A DNA stretch of 64,000 nucleotides from an uncultured Hyphomicrobiales bacterium (GTDB lineage: Bacteria; Bacteroidota; Ignavibacteria; Kapaibacteriales; UBA2268): contig CAZCHH010000003.1 of the NCBI GenBank assembly GCA_964498585.1, positions 9,333 to 73,332 on the forward strand, given 5' to 3'. This document shows positions 28,576 through 39,905 of this stretch, one piece after another. The notes beneath the pieces are model-generated. The model had not been told where the DNA came from, did not search any database, and saw only the letters and a program-made list of their open reading frames with translations. Made by a program: the position numbers and the translations under genes. The number at the start of each line of letters is the position of its first letter. Position 1 is the first letter of the stretch.

Positions 28576-28786
28576 TTTCATAGCTTCTGAATCTAGTGTA
28601 GTGATTTGTTAAAAGACTTACTATCTTGTTCATTCCGAACCCCCTGATAAAAAAGACTTTTATTTAAATAATGATGACATAAAGAGCTATCCCCCGCTGG
28701 CGGGGGACAAAGATGTCATTGGTAATCCCCTTAGAAAGCAAATGCTTTATTTAAATTGAGATGACAAAATTTTATACAGTCATTCT

Positions 28787-28862
28787 GAGCGCTGCGAAGA
28801 ATCCAGAAAAATTTCTTTAATCACTATTCTCTGGATTCTTCACTTCGTTTCGGAATGACAGT
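28787..28862. repeat. MITE-like element with perfect terminal inverted repeats (gtcattctgagcg ... cgtttcggaatgac) and internal inverted repeat (gaagaatccag/ctggattcttc)
   Basis: Direct reading. It is flanked by other family members (28640..28760: 'gatgacataaagagc', 'atgtcattggtaatcc'). Confidence 0.8.
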
Positions 28863-28939
28863 GTAAAGTTTTGTCATTTCCTTTTAAAAAAATCATTTGC
28901 TTTATCTAATTGTTGTAATGACAAAAAAAAGTAATGATT

Positions 28940-31900
28940 TTACTGGGAACTTTCTTTATTTTTTCCGATAACAGACATAATAATGCTGAACAATTCATTT
29001 TTTTCAATAGGTTTAGAAATGAAGGCATCGCAACCTGCATCAAGAGCTTCTTGCTTTTCGTCTAGATGTGAATAAGCAGTTTGAGCTATAATTGGTATAT
29101 TAGGATTCGAATTTTTGATTATTTTAGTAGCTTCAAAGCCGCTTAAGAGAGGCATTTTTAAATCCATAAGAACTAAATCGAATTTTTCTTCTTCAACTTT
29201 CTTTATAGCATCAAATCCAGTTTTCACCAAGGTAATCTGGACATTTTCATTTTTTAGTAACTGCTTTAAATAAAAATAATTAGTATTCTCATCTTCAACA
29301 ATAAGAATTTTCATTTGAGGAAGTCGAATTTTTTCTTTCTTTTCTTCACTGTTTTTTGGCATTATGTTACCTCCTTTGACGTAAAATAATGGAATACTTA
29401 AAGAAAATATTGAACCAACATTAAGTTCTGAATCAACAGATAAATCGAAATCCAAAAGCTTTGCAGTTTCTTTACAAATAGACAGACCAAGCCCAGTACC
29501 ACCAAATTTTGCATTTGAAAAAGCTTCATATTGCCAGAATCTTTCAAAAACTTTATCTATATATTCTTCATTTATACCAATTCCGGTATCTCTTACAGAT
29601 ATAATCAGCATATCTTCTTCAATTTTGAAAGCTAATTCAATTTCACCCTGTTTAGTAAATTTAATAGCATTATTCAATAAATTAATAATAATCTGATATA
29701 ATTTGTCTTTATCCGTAATCAGATATAGCTTCGATAATTCAAATGGTAAGTTAGAGATAAAATTAATTCCTTTTTCTTTAATTGTTTCACTATATAAAGA
29801 GTTAATATAATGAAACATTTCATCTAAAGAGAAGTTTGAAATATTTACCTTAGCCAGACCACTATCAAGGCGTGATATTTCAAGAACATCATTAACAATA
29901 GCCAGTAGTCTTTTTGAAGAGCTAATAATTAATTCAATATATTCATTTCTTTCGTCGTCAGTTAATTCGTTAAAATCCTGCAATAAATTAGAAAAACCGA
30001 CAATTCCATTCAGAGGAGTTCTAATTTCGTGAGACATATTTTGCAGGAAAGAGGTTTTTAATTTATCACTTTGTTCAGCTTTGTCTTTTGCGATTAGCAG
30101 TTCATTTTCCATTTTAATTCTATCAGAAAAATCAATACCAACGCCCATTAATAAAGTGCCTTCATTAGTATCAAGACGCTTGCCAATTATATGATAAGAA
30201 CAAATTTCACCGTCTTTGCGGATTAATCTAACGATACCTTGAGCTTCTCCTTTTTCAAGAGCAATTTTTATGGAATCCTGTAAGAGTTGTTTATCGTCAT
30301 CATATATAGAATTGAAAATGTTGTGAGCTCTAATAGTATCAGAATCCAACCCGACGAATCTTTCATTATTTTTATTGCACCTAATAATTTGCATATTAGA
30401 ATCGAACATAAAGAAAAGTCCGGGCAAGCTTTCAATCAGTTTGTCTGAAAAATATTTTTCATTTCTTAGCACCTCGTCATATTTTTCCATTTGAGTAATA
30501 AACCGGGCTTGCTGAACGTTTTGATAAGCAATATTAGACAACTGATTTGCTAAAGTAAAAAGAACCTGAGAAATCTTTTCAAATTCTTCTTTTGACATTA
30601 CTGGCACTTTGTGAAATGCTTCCAAGAAAAGATTTTTATCAACGCCAATATATTCTGCATATTTTGCCATATTTTCATCGGTTTGCGTTTCGTCTCGGAC
30701 TTGACCGATTAGCCAGTTAGCAATATGTTTTCCACCGACAGAAATACCTGCTCCGGCTTCCCAAAGTCCACCGCTAAGGCAGGGCTGAATTCTTGGACCA
30801 TCTAAAGAAATAACTCCTGATTCAGCATCAGATTTAATGCAGTTTTCAAGTCCTTTATCTGTTTTTCTAATTATATCTTTGCAAAGCGGGCAAAAATTGC
30901 TCGGTTGTGTGATAGAGCTTCCATCAGGATAAGTAATTAATGAAGCAACACCGGTTGCGTTAGCGAAATCATCCTGAAGTTTTTGAATTTCTTTTATATT
31001 AAATAAATCCTCAAATGTAATGTCTATGCTATCATTAATTGGTTGAGTTAATGCTATAATCCTTTTTTCAAGTGCTTCTTCTGCTCGCTTTTGTTTTGTA
31101 ATATCAATTACGGTCGATACCATCGAATCCTGTTCTGCCAAAGGAATATTTGCAACATTAATAAATTTAATATCACCATTTTTTGTATGAATTTTTAAAT
31201 TTTCCCAATGCATTCTGTTTTCATCTAATGATTTCATATCATTAGCTATTCTTGTTCTAATTTCACTCCTGTATTTTTCATCTGGAATAGCATTCATATA
31301 GAATTTATCAATATCACTTAAAATTTCTTTATTCCAGCCATTTATTTCTTCAAACTTATGATTGAAGTAAAAAACCTGATTATTGCTAATAGAATTAATT
31401 GCAATTCCAATAGGAAGATTATCCAAAACTGTTTGAATAAATTCATTCTTTTGTCTTAATTCTTCTTCATTCTTTTTCTGTTGAGTAATGTCGGTTGAAA
31501 TACCGCAGAGAGCAATAGGATTATTATTCAAGTCAAAAATTTTAGTTATTCTGCAATCTAAGATAATTTCTTCACCTTGTTTATTGTAATTAACAACTTC
31601 ACCTCTCCAGTGCCCATATTTCAGAGTATTTTCCAATATTTCATTTTGTGAAGCACCTTTTTGAATGTCATCACCAAACAAATTCACATGGGACCCAATG
31701 ATTTCATCTTTATTATAGCCGAGTAATTCGAGCTCTGCTTTGTTTATGTCAATAATGATACCATTCAAATCAGTTATAGTAACCTTATCCTGTATTTGAT
31801 TAATGACTAAAGATTTAAGATAAATTTGTTCTTCAGTTTTTTTCTTTTCTGAAATATCCCTAATAACGAAAACCATACCAACAGGTTGATTATTAATATC

Positions 31901-34900
31901 ATGAATCACATCGCCGTTTACTTCACATATTAACTCAAACCCATCTTCAAATCTTAATTTATATTCAATAATACCTTGAGGTTTATCAATCATTTTTTTT
32001 GCATTTTCGATAGCTCTTTCTTTATCTTCATCGGCAATAAAATCGAAAATATTTTTCCAATATACTCTTTCAATGGGTAACATATTGAATAATGGGAAGG
32101 AAGTTTCATTAATAAAAGTAATATGACCATTAATATCAGTCCTAATGATAATATCCGGAACTGTCATTATGAGTTTTCTGTGCAATTCTTCGCTATCTCT
32201 TAATGCTTCTTCAATTTGTTTTCTTTGATGAGTTTCTAAGCATAAAGAAATGAGGGAAGCAAGAGTTAAGGATAACTGAATTTCATCGGGCAACCATTTT
32301 CGATGCTGTCCGGTGTTTTCAAAACATAAAATAGCAGCAAGACGTCCCTGCGTCCAAACAGGAGCATCAAGCAATGATTTGGTATCTTTTTCAATAAAAT
32401 ATGATGAAGGGATTTGATTAGTTATCGGGTCTTCATATACGTTTTCGACAGCAATAATTCGCCCGGATTTATGTTCTTCAACATAATTTGGAAATTCTTT
32501 TGTAAACAATTTTAAACCTTTACTAAATGAGTCTTTTGATTTCTCATAAAGAGTTTTACAATACATTTCTGTATAATTTTGATTATAAATCCAGATACTT
32601 ACTCTTTCAGTATCTAACATAACAGAAGCTGTTTTTACAATTTTCCTTAAATTATCGCTAAATTTTCCGGAAACAAATTCTCCGTCTTTAATTAGTTCGG
32701 CAATATATGTGTTGAATTTTTGCTGACGAAAGTTATCTTCTATAATTCTTAGTTCTGTTTGCTTTCTTTCGGTAATGTCTCTCATTATTCCTAAGACCAA
32801 TAATAGTTCCTTTTCTTCAAGGACAACGGTGCTAACTTCAATTATCTTTAGTTCATTATTTTTACTGATTATTTCTATTTCATATAAGTTGCTAACTTCC
32901 TGATGAGAATATCTTGCTTCATATCTTTTTCTCATTAGTTCCTTACTTTTTTCAGTAAGCAATACATTAAAATCAAATTGAACGGAAAGCAATTCTTCGC
33001 GTGTATATCCGGTAATTTCGCAAAATCTCTCATTCACAAATTCATATTTTTTATCTCTAATTAAATAAATGCCGTCGAATGCATTTTCTACTAAACTTTG
33101 GAAACGTTTTTCGCTTTTCCTTACTTTTTCAATAACTTGTTTCTTCTCGGTAATATTTCTTATAATAGCTCCAAGCCCAACTTTAGCTGCTTTTAGTTTT
33201 ATTGGAAATTTGGTAACTTCAAATGTCTGATTAGCAACAAGTTCTTCAACTACAACTGTTTTTCCAGTCGATAAGGCAAGTTTATCACTATCCTTACATT
33301 TATCTGCTTCTGCTCTTTGCATTAACTGATAATCTGTTTTTAAAAGTATATCCTTTCTTTCTTTCTTTAAAAAATTACAATAAGCATCATTTGCAACAAT
33401 ATATCGAAGTGAATCATCTTTTACAAAAATAATATCAGTATTGGAGTTTATAAAGCGATTATAACGTTCTTCACTTTCACGCAATGATTCTTCTGTTTTT
33501 TTCCTTTCTGTTATGTCATGAATAACAGAGTAAAGCAATGGACGTTCGTTTATTACAATAGGTCCGCTATATACCTCGACATCTCTTAAAGAACCATCTG
33601 CTATAAGATGTTTAAAAATAAAACAATTTCTTTTTTCCTGCTGAGCCAAACTCATTTCATTTTGAACTTCTTTTTCGCCTAATATATTAATCTCAGAAAT
33701 TTTCTTTTGCAGTAGCTCTTCTTTACTCCATCTGTAAAATTTGACAGCGGCAGGATTTGCGTCAATTATTTCACCATTTTTTGGGTCAATAATCAGCATT
33801 ACAGCATGATTATTTTCGAATAAGCTGCGGTATCTTTCTTCACTGTCTTTTATTGCCAGTTCAGCAAGTTTTTGTTCAGTTATATCTGTAAATGTAATTG
33901 CAAAGTAACCTTTTTGGGGACAAAATGCTTTTATGTTATAGTATTTATTTAAGGTTTTTGAATGATTAATTAAATTTATAGATTTTCCAGTAAAAGCGAC
34001 TTCTTTAAAAATATTGACACGCGTATCTACTATGTTTGATAATGCTTCAGATGCTCTTTTTCCAATTAAATCTTCTTTTTTTACTCCGGAAATTTCTTCA
34101 AAAACTGAATTAATTTCAATAAATCTGTAATCAACTGGTTCATTATTTTCATCTAAAATAATTTCGTGCAAAGCAAAAGCTTCGTTCATATTTTCAAAAA
34201 GTGTTCTATACTTTTTCTCGCTTTCAATCAGAGCTTTTTCATTTTCTTTTAGTTTAGTAATATCACGGGCAACTGCAAAAATTACTCTTTCATCTGGATA
34301 AGGATAGATATTCCATGATAGCCATTTATATGTTCTATCTTTACATAAAAATCTAATACTATAATTCAATAAATCAATTTCATCAATAGTTTTTCCATAA
34401 ATATCATCTGGATGAATAAATTCTTTATATGGCTTTGAAAGAAGTGTTTGCAAATCCCAGCCGAGAGTTTTCTCCCAAGCCGGATTAAGGTGAGTAAAAA
34501 ATCCATCATAATTAGCAGTGCAAAGCATATCAACGCTAAAATTAAATACTCTGTCGCTTGCTTTAAGTTTTTCTTTAAGAATTATTTCTTCAGTTATATC
34601 GCTTGCAAATCCAAGTATAGTGTTATCAGTTATTTTTACAGCTTTTACTGACCAACTCCTGATTGAACCGTCTTTTAATTTAAAACGGAAATCTCCGGTT
34701 GCTTCGCCTTTTTCTAATATCCTTTGAAAGTGTTTTAATCCAATATCTAAATCTTCTTCATATACTATATCCCGTATATTTAATTTTATAAGTTCTTCCA
34801 GAGAATAACCAGACATTATCGCAGCTGAATTATTAATATTTATCAAATTTCCCTGATTGTCAGCTATAAAAACACCGTCTGGTGCATTATCAATATAGCT

Positions 34901-35914
34901 TCTAAATCTTTTTTCGCTTTCTGTTAAATTTTTTCTTGCTTTGTGGCTTTCAGTAACATCAGAAAAAACGATTACTACTCCTTTTACATTTCCAAATATA
35001 TCTTTAATTGGAGCAGCGCCATCTGAAATATTGTATTCTTTGCCATCTTTAGAAACTAATATAGTATGATTGGAAAGTCCAACAATTTCTCCAGATGCAA
35101 GAACCTGAGCAACAGGACATTGTATATCGTCTTTAGTTGTTTCATTATAAATTTTAAAATAGTTACAAAATTTATTGCCTTTGGCTTCTTCCATCTTATA
35201 ACCCAAAATCTTTTCTGCCGCCGGATTCATCATTACCACATTTCCGTTTTCATCAGTAGAAACAACGGCATCTGAAATTGAATGTAAGGTAATTGATAAA
35301 TTTTCCTCGCTTTGAAGGATTCGGTTATATATTATTTCTTCATTTAATTGATTTCTGATTAAAATACCAAGTAAGACTGTCGCGATTGGATATATAATTA
35401 AAACTGGTAAACTTATATGCTCTAATACTTCTATAGCTTTTTCATAAGGCATTAAAAGCATTAGTGCAAGCATTACAATATGTACGATAATCCCAATTAA
35501 ATATAATTCCCAGTTTTTTATATTTACAAGAGGTGTTTTCCGAAAATACCGCCACGCTAAACCAATTAGCCCAGACGCTAAAATTACTGAAACACCTGTT
35601 ACTGCTGCAGTTCCGCTAATCACTATTCTGTATATTATTGCAATAACCATTGTAATAATAGTCGGGATTGCACCGAAGAACAAACCGCTAATGCACAGCA
35701 ATACTGAACGTGTATCGAAAATAATTCCTAACTCCAATACCCAGGGCGTTGCCATTAAAGCAATACAAACAACACCCATTAAAATACCAACAAGTATTTT
35801 GCCGGGTATTGCCCTTTCAAACTGCCATTTTCTTAATGTAATATTAAAAATAAAAGCGATTGCAAGCAGCAAAGCTGCGTTATGCAATAAATCCAAATAA
35901 ATACTATTATTCAT
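28940..35914 (-). CDS. giant hybrid sensor histidine kinase (2324 aa): N-terminal membrane domain, ~10 PAS/PAC domains, a GAF domain, a PocR-like sensory domain, HisKA, HATPase_c and a C-terminal receiver
   Basis: HisKA 'SFLQNMSHEIRTPLNGIVGFSNLL', an ATPase G-box region 'GGTGLGLSICK' and a receiver 'KILIVEDENTN...DLVLMDLKMP'. The Cys-rich 'CPLCKD...CIKSD...CLSGGLWEAGAGISVGGKHIANWLIGQV' resembles PocR. PAS-like blocks recur throughout. Confidence 0.85.
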   Translation of the reverse strand: MNNSIYLDLLHNAALLLAIAFIFNITLRKWQFERAIPGKILVGILMGVVCIALMATPWVLELGIIFDTRSVLLCISGLFFGAIPTIITMVIAIIYRIVISGTAAVTGVSVILASGLIGLAWRYFRKTPLVNIKNWELYLIGIIVHIVMLALMLLMPYEKAIEVLEHISLPVLIIYPIATVLLGILIRNQLNEEIIYNRILQSEENLSITLHSISDAVVSTDENGNVVMMNPAAEKILGYKMEEAKGNKFCNYFKIYNETTKDDIQCPVAQVLASGEIVGLSNHTILVSKDGKEYNISDGAAPIKDIFGNVKGVVIVFSDVTESHKARKNLTESEKRFRSYIDNAPDGVFIADNQGNLININNSAAIMSGYSLEELIKLNIRDIVYEEDLDIGLKHFQRILEKGEATGDFRFKLKDGSIRSWSVKAVKITDNTILGFASDITEEIILKEKLKASDRVFNFSVDMLCTANYDGFFTHLNPAWEKTLGWDLQTLLSKPYKEFIHPDDIYGKTIDEIDLLNYSIRFLCKDRTYKWLSWNIYPYPDERVIFAVARDITKLKENEKALIESEKKYRTLFENMNEAFALHEIILDENNEPVDYRFIEINSVFEEISGVKKEDLIGKRASEALSNIVDTRVNIFKEVAFTGKSINLINHSKTLNKYYNIKAFCPQKGYFAITFTDITEQKLAELAIKDSEERYRSLFENNHAVMLIIDPKNGEIIDANPAAVKFYRWSKEELLQKKISEINILGEKEVQNEMSLAQQEKRNCFIFKHLIADGSLRDVEVYSGPIVINERPLLYSVIHDITERKKTEESLRESEERYNRFINSNTDIIFVKDDSLRYIVANDAYCNFLKKERKDILLKTDYQLMQRAEADKCKDSDKLALSTGKTVVVEELVANQTFEVTKFPIKLKAAKVGLGAIIRNITEKKQVIEKVRKSEKRFQSLVENAFDGIYLIRDKKYEFVNERFCEITGYTREELLSVQFDFNVLLTEKSKELMRKRYEARYSHQEVSNLYEIEIISKNNELKIIEVSTVVLEEKELLLVLGIMRDITERKQTELRIIEDNFRQQKFNTYIAELIKDGEFVSGKFSDNLRKIVKTASVMLDTERVSIWIYNQNYTEMYCKTLYEKSKDSFSKGLKLFTKEFPNYVEEHKSGRIIAVENVYEDPITNQIPSSYFIEKDTKSLLDAPVWTQGRLAAILCFENTGQHRKWLPDEIQLSLTLASLISLCLETHQRKQIEEALRDSEELHRKLIMTVPDIIIRTDINGHITFINETSFPLFNMLPIERVYWKNIFDFIADEDKERAIENAKKMIDKPQGIIEYKLRFEDGFELICEVNGDVIHDINNQPVGMVFVIRDISEKKKTEEQIYLKSLVINQIQDKVTITDLNGIIIDINKAELELLGYNKDEIIGSHVNLFGDDIQKGASQNEILENTLKYGHWRGEVVNYNKQGEEIILDCRITKIFDLNNNPIALCGISTDITQQKKNEEELRQKNEFIQTVLDNLPIGIAINSISNNQVFYFNHKFEEINGWNKEILSDIDKFYMNAIPDEKYRSEIRTRIANDMKSLDENRMHWENLKIHTKNGDIKFINVANIPLAEQDSMVSTVIDITKQKRAEEALEKRIIALTQPINDSIDITFEDLFNIKEIQKLQDDFANATGVASLITYPDGSSITQPSNFCPLCKDIIRKTDKGLENCIKSDAESGVISLDGPRIQPCLSGGLWEAGAGISVGGKHIANWLIGQVRDETQTDENMAKYAEYIGVDKNLFLEAFHKVPVMSKEEFEKISQVLFTLANQLSNIAYQNVQQARFITQMEKYDEVLRNEKYFSDKLIESLPGLFFMFDSNMQIIRCNKNNERFVGLDSDTIRAHNIFNSIYDDDKQLLQDSIKIALEKGEAQGIVRLIRKDGEICSYHIIGKRLDTNEGTLLMGVGIDFSDRIKMENELLIAKDKAEQSDKLKTSFLQNMSHEIRTPLNGIVGFSNLLQDFNELTDDERNEYIELIISSSKRLLAIVNDVLEISRLDSGLAKVNISNFSLDEMFHYINSLYSETIKEKGINFISNLPFELSKLYLITDKDKLYQIIINLLNNAIKFTKQGEIELAFKIEEDMLIISVRDTGIGINEEYIDKVFERFWQYEAFSNAKFGGTGLGLSICKETAKLLDFDLSVDSELNVGSIFSLSIPLFYVKGGNIMPKNSEEKKEKIRLPQMKILIVEDENTNYFYLKQLLKNENVQITLVKTGFDAIKKVEEEKFDLVLMDLKMPLLSGFEATKIIKNSNPNIPIIAQTAYSHLDEKQEALDAGCDAFISKPIEKNELFSIIMSVIGKNKESSQ

Positions 35915-36070
35915 ATTATTTAATTTATAATAAATTATACTCTAAAAACAAATATAGATTTATTATAAAAAAAAAGCAAGTTTTATTTTGTTTTATTTGA
36001 AAAAGTTGAAGTATGAGGGATTTTTTGCTAAAGATGGAACCCACTTTCGTAGCGTGAAGTCCATCTGAAT

Positions 36071-37174
36071 TTAAGAACCTACCTTATCACAAAATTCAAA
36101 GAATTTATTGCGTTGAGTAAGATAATCGTATTTTTCTAAAGCGTCTTCTCTTGCTTGCTTAGCAAAAACTTTTCTTATATCGGGATTTTTATAATAGAAA
36201 GATAGCAAATCTGCTAAAGTGTTTATATCCTTTTGCCCGAAAATCAGCCCATTTCTTTTATTAGTAATTATTTCCGGAACGCCACCGGAATTTGTTCCAA
36301 TTACGGCAAGCCCGGAAGCCATTGCCTCAATCAGCACTAAACCGAAAGTCTCTGAATTGGAGGGCATAACAAAAACATCAAGGCAGGCAAGCAATTCATT
36401 CACATTTTCGATGAAAGGAATATATTTAAAACTATTTTGAATTTCATTTGCTTCAATTTCTTTCAATAAATTTTCAAAATATTCCTTATCGTCAGCACTA
36501 CCGCATATCACAAGGAAAGAGTTTTGAAGCTTTGCTTTAATGAATGCCTGAGTCAAAATTTGCTGTCCCTTATGCTCTTCTATTCTGCCAATGCATGCGA
36601 TAATGAAACTGTTTTGAGGCAGACCGAATTTTGCACGTAAATCCTGTTTATTATTGTTTTCCGGATTGTATTTTTCAAGTTCAATGCCATAAGGAATAGC
36701 TTTGATTTTTTCTGTTGGGAAAATTGTTGTTTCGCTAAGTTCCTTTTTCATAATGTTTGTAAGGACAATGGCCGAATGAAGATTTTTATATACCCAATTA
36801 TGATAAATGTCTTTTTTGATAAGACCCGACTGCATTTGCTGGTATAATACTATTTTGAATTGCTTTTTGCAAAACTTCCTTGCCAATGCTAAAAGTCCAA
36901 TGCTTTCTGTTTTTCCGACTATGCAAATATCGGTGCTATGTTTGTTAAGGATTTTTGAGATTTTATAAGCAGAAAAAAAATCTAAATATCTAAAATAATT
37001 GGGAATATTTTCGATATTCAAATTATTTTTTTTTGAAAGCAAATCGGCTTTGCTGTCTTTTAAAGTAAAAATAAAGAAAGAATATCCCAAATCGCTGGCA
37101 TCAGTGGCTCTTTTCACCATTTGGATTTCTAAGCCACCGAAGCCGGGATATGCGTTGAAAAAACTAAAATTCAT
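36071..37174 (-). CDS. glycosyltransferase family 4 (GT-B fold)
   Basis: 'EAMASGLAVIGTNSGGVPEII' and 'E.FGLVLIEAM' are typical of GT4 retaining glycosyltransferases. Confidence 0.8.
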   Translation of the reverse strand: MNFSFFNAYPGFGGLEIQMVKRATDASDLGYSFFIFTLKDSKADLLSKKNNLNIENIPNYFRYLDFFSAYKISKILNKHSTDICIVGKTESIGLLALARKFCKKQFKIVLYQQMQSGLIKKDIYHNWVYKNLHSAIVLTNIMKKELSETTIFPTEKIKAIPYGIELEKYNPENNNKQDLRAKFGLPQNSFIIACIGRIEEHKGQQILTQAFIKAKLQNSFLVICGSADDKEYFENLLKEIEANEIQNSFKYIPFIENVNELLACLDVFVMPSNSETFGLVLIEAMASGLAVIGTNSGGVPEIITNKRNGLIFGQKDINTLADLLSFYYKNPDIRKVFAKQAREDALEKYDYLTQRNKFFEFCDKVGS

Positions 37175-37655
37175 ATTTATATTATTAGCAAATTTATCGT
37201 GGTTATTTTACTTATTATAAAACAAATATTATTATATTAACTCACCTTACGCAATTTTATTTTAATATTTTAAACAAGTTAATTTGATGCACTATTTTCT
37301 TTTTAAACCAAGAACCATTACCATCTTTAGAGGGGAATGCGTAAGGTGAGTTACCATCATATTTCAAAAATGTTTAGTTAGTTAAAATATCTCAGAAATT
37401 AAACAATTTATTTGATAATTAAAACCTAAGCTAAGTTGATATGCTTCCTTAAATCTATCATTGATTGCAAATTTATAGTAATCTAATAATAAATATATTT
37501 CAAAATCCTTTTGTAATACTTCCCACTTGCTATCAATATGTTCCACTTGTTTTTTTGCTCTGAAAAGAATACAAAAATTTTGTTTTTAATGCCAGAATAC
37601 TCTTTAAATCTCCTAATGTTAACTTATTATAAATTAAAGATAAATTAGCATTAAT

Positions 37656-38294
37656 TTAGTTGATTGAATATTTTGCATCAGCCCTAAAATTTATTTGTAA
37701 ACTTGAATAATCATCATCTGGTTTTTTTTCATAATTTTCAAATATCTTGTCATCAAGTTTATAGGTGTTATATGAAAAACCTAAACGTAGAAGCAACAAC
37801 AAATGATTCTCTAACTTATTCAAATAATCATAACCATATCCGTAAGATAAATCGAACCACTCTTTATTATCATCAAAAAGTAAATTAGATTTTAAATTTA
37901 TTAAATTTATGTTATAACAATGTAAGGTTTTGCTACTCCATCGGTTTGCATAAAAGAAACTGTTCATTAAAGAAAAATTAAAATGATTTTTTACTTTAAC
38001 AAAATCCTCACTTTTAAAATTTACTCCAAAACGCAATAAGTTAACATAAGAATTTAAACAAATATTTTCATCACTTTTTTTTAAAAAATCATTTTGCTTA
38101 TATTCTAAAACTTGACCTTCTTCAGATTTGTATAATCCAAAATCAATATCAAAATTCTTTAAATTACTATTAAACAAAGTTTCGTAAGTAATATTTAAAG
38201 ATGGTTTTAAACCAATTTTTGCTTTATCTTCTTCAGAAATTAAAATGGAAAATGCACTGATAATAAACAACAAAACAGAAAAGAATAATTTCAT
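37656..38294 (-). CDS. hypothetical secreted protein (possible small outer-membrane beta-barrel)
   Basis: Signal peptide. Alternating hydrophobic/aromatic pattern and a C-terminal aromatic-rich segment. No recognisable motif. Confidence 0.45.
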   Translation of the reverse strand: MKLFFSVLLFIISAFSILISEEDKAKIGLKPSLNITYETLFNSNLKNFDIDFGLYKSEEGQVLEYKQNDFLKKSDENICLNSYVNLLRFGVNFKSEDFVKVKNHFNFSLMNSFFYANRWSSKTLHCYNINLINLKSNLLFDDNKEWFDLSYGYGYDYLNKLENHLLLLLRLGFSYNTYKLDDKIFENYEKKPDDDYSSLQINFRADAKYSIN

Positions 38295-38480
38295 ACATTA
38301 GCTCCGCTTTTTTTAGCAAATTAGTAATTTCTTCTTAAAATTCAAAAATATTTTAAGCTGTATTGTTCAAATATTCAAAATAAACATATTATTACTCTTT
38401 CCCAAGTTGCACTTGGGAATGTAACTTTCACAAAAGCTATGCTTATACCAAGTTGTTTTTAAAAATATAATATGTTTATT

Positions 38481-38563
38481 TGTCATTCCGATACGAAGTG
38501 AGGAATCTCAAATGTAGTGATAACAAAGATTTGTGAGATTTCTCGCTGCGCTTCGAAATGACA
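38481..38563. repeat. MITE-like element (TIR tgtcattccga/tcgaaatgaca; internal inverted repeat gaggaatctcaaa/tttgtgagatttctc)
   Basis: Direct reading. 'cccaagt(t)gcacttggg' hairpins lie at 38385..38411 and 38645..38673 on either side. Confidence 0.8.
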
Positions 38564-38879
38564 CTTTCATTTTATCTATGAATGCTACTTGGTATTAAAC
38601 TCTTAATTCATAAAAAGAATGTAAAGCACAGATTAAAAAGAAATCTTCCTTCCCAAGTGCAATTTGGGAAGGAGTTCAAAAATTTAAATATTTTTAATTA
38701 AATTGTTTTTTTTCTTGTAAATAAAAAAAAAATTTTGTATTTTAATTTAAGATGAAATAATTAAAAAATTGAATAAATAAATATAATTTCAAGAAGTAAA
38801 ACAACTTACTTTATAGTTTAAAGTGTAGATTCGTAAAGAACTAATTAATAAATTTTCTACAATAAGGAGTTGCTTCATT

Positions 38880-39563
38880 ATGAAAAAATGTATTTTTTTA
38901 TTTGCTTTATTAGCTTTAATGCTAATAGATAATAATAAGTTGGTATCTCAATGCCCGACTTACCCGCCAATTAACTGGATTGGGCCTATAACAGGTACTA
39001 TTGATGATGGATGTGAATTTATGTATACGTATTGTTATTGTTATGATATCAATTTAGAATATTGTATTAGTATAACAAGTCTTCAGATTTTACCACCTTG
39101 CGACGAGAATTACTACAATAATTTATATACTGGAGCGATAATTAGGATTAGAAATAAAATAATCATTAATATTTTAGAAACGCTTATAAATAATGATTGG
39201 TCAGAATTAGAATCACAAGGCAATTGTCCGGACTCAGTAATAGTAAGATTATTTAATAAACCTGCTTGCTATTGGATAAAATGGGAACGTGAAGAAGGAA
39301 CTGGAATTATCAAACAAGTAGAATGTCAAGACAGAATACCAAGAGATTGTAATCATGCAATTGTAAAACTATGTTGGGAATGGGTAACTCAAAACGGAAT
39401 TCTTACAAAAGTTTATCATATGAACAGATATTGGTATCCTTCTATCCCCAATCCTCCTAATCCTCCTCCTTATCCTTATCAAGGTTATACTCCTCTTGAA
39501 AATGTTTGGTTTTGTGGTCCAAGATATTATGAAAAACCAAGTTGTTGTGATAATTGTTATTAA
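38880..39563 (+). CDS. cysteine-rich secreted hypothetical protein (20 Cys; Pro-rich 'PNPPNPPPYPY' tract)
   Basis: Signal peptide. Paired Cys spacing (CYCYD, CCDNCY). No known motif recognised. Confidence 0.55.
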   Translation: MKKCIFLFALLALMLIDNNKLVSQCPTYPPINWIGPITGTIDDGCEFMYTYCYCYDINLEYCISITSLQILPPCDENYYNNLYTGAIIRIRNKIIINILETLINNDWSELESQGNCPDSVIVRLFNKPACYWIKWEREEGTGIIKQVECQDRIPRDCNHAIVKLCWEWVTQNGILTKVYHMNRYWYPSIPNPPNPPPYPYQGYTPLENVWFCGPRYYEKPSCCDNCY

Positions 39564-39609
39564 AGTTTTATTTAAGTGGTTTTCAAAAAATTTAATTTTG
39601 TTTATCATT

Positions 39610-39830
39610 CTGAACCCCAAAATAAAGAAGACCTTTATTTAAAGGTTGATGACATAACTAAATTTGTGTCATTCTGACGGATGTCAGAATCCATTTTAAA
39701 AATAGTGTTTATAGGTCATTAGTTATTAGTCATTTGTATTTTTACTAACAACTAATGACTGAAAAGAACCATTTTCTTAATTATTTAAGAAAACAAAGAT
39801 GGATTCTGGCATACGCCAGAATGACATACA
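39610..39830. repeat. composite cluster of palindromic repeat elements (ataaagaagacctttatttaaaggttgatgacataa; cattctgacggatgtcagaatc; ggattctggcatacgccagaatgac)
   Basis: The same modules occur at 14640..14800, 45060..45300, 49600..49830 and 61170..61380. Confidence 0.75.
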
Positions 39831-39905
39831 AAGATGTCATTGGTACCAAATTAAAAAATCTCAAATCTTTTAAACAATTAATAAATTTAAATAATAAGGA
39901 AATTT

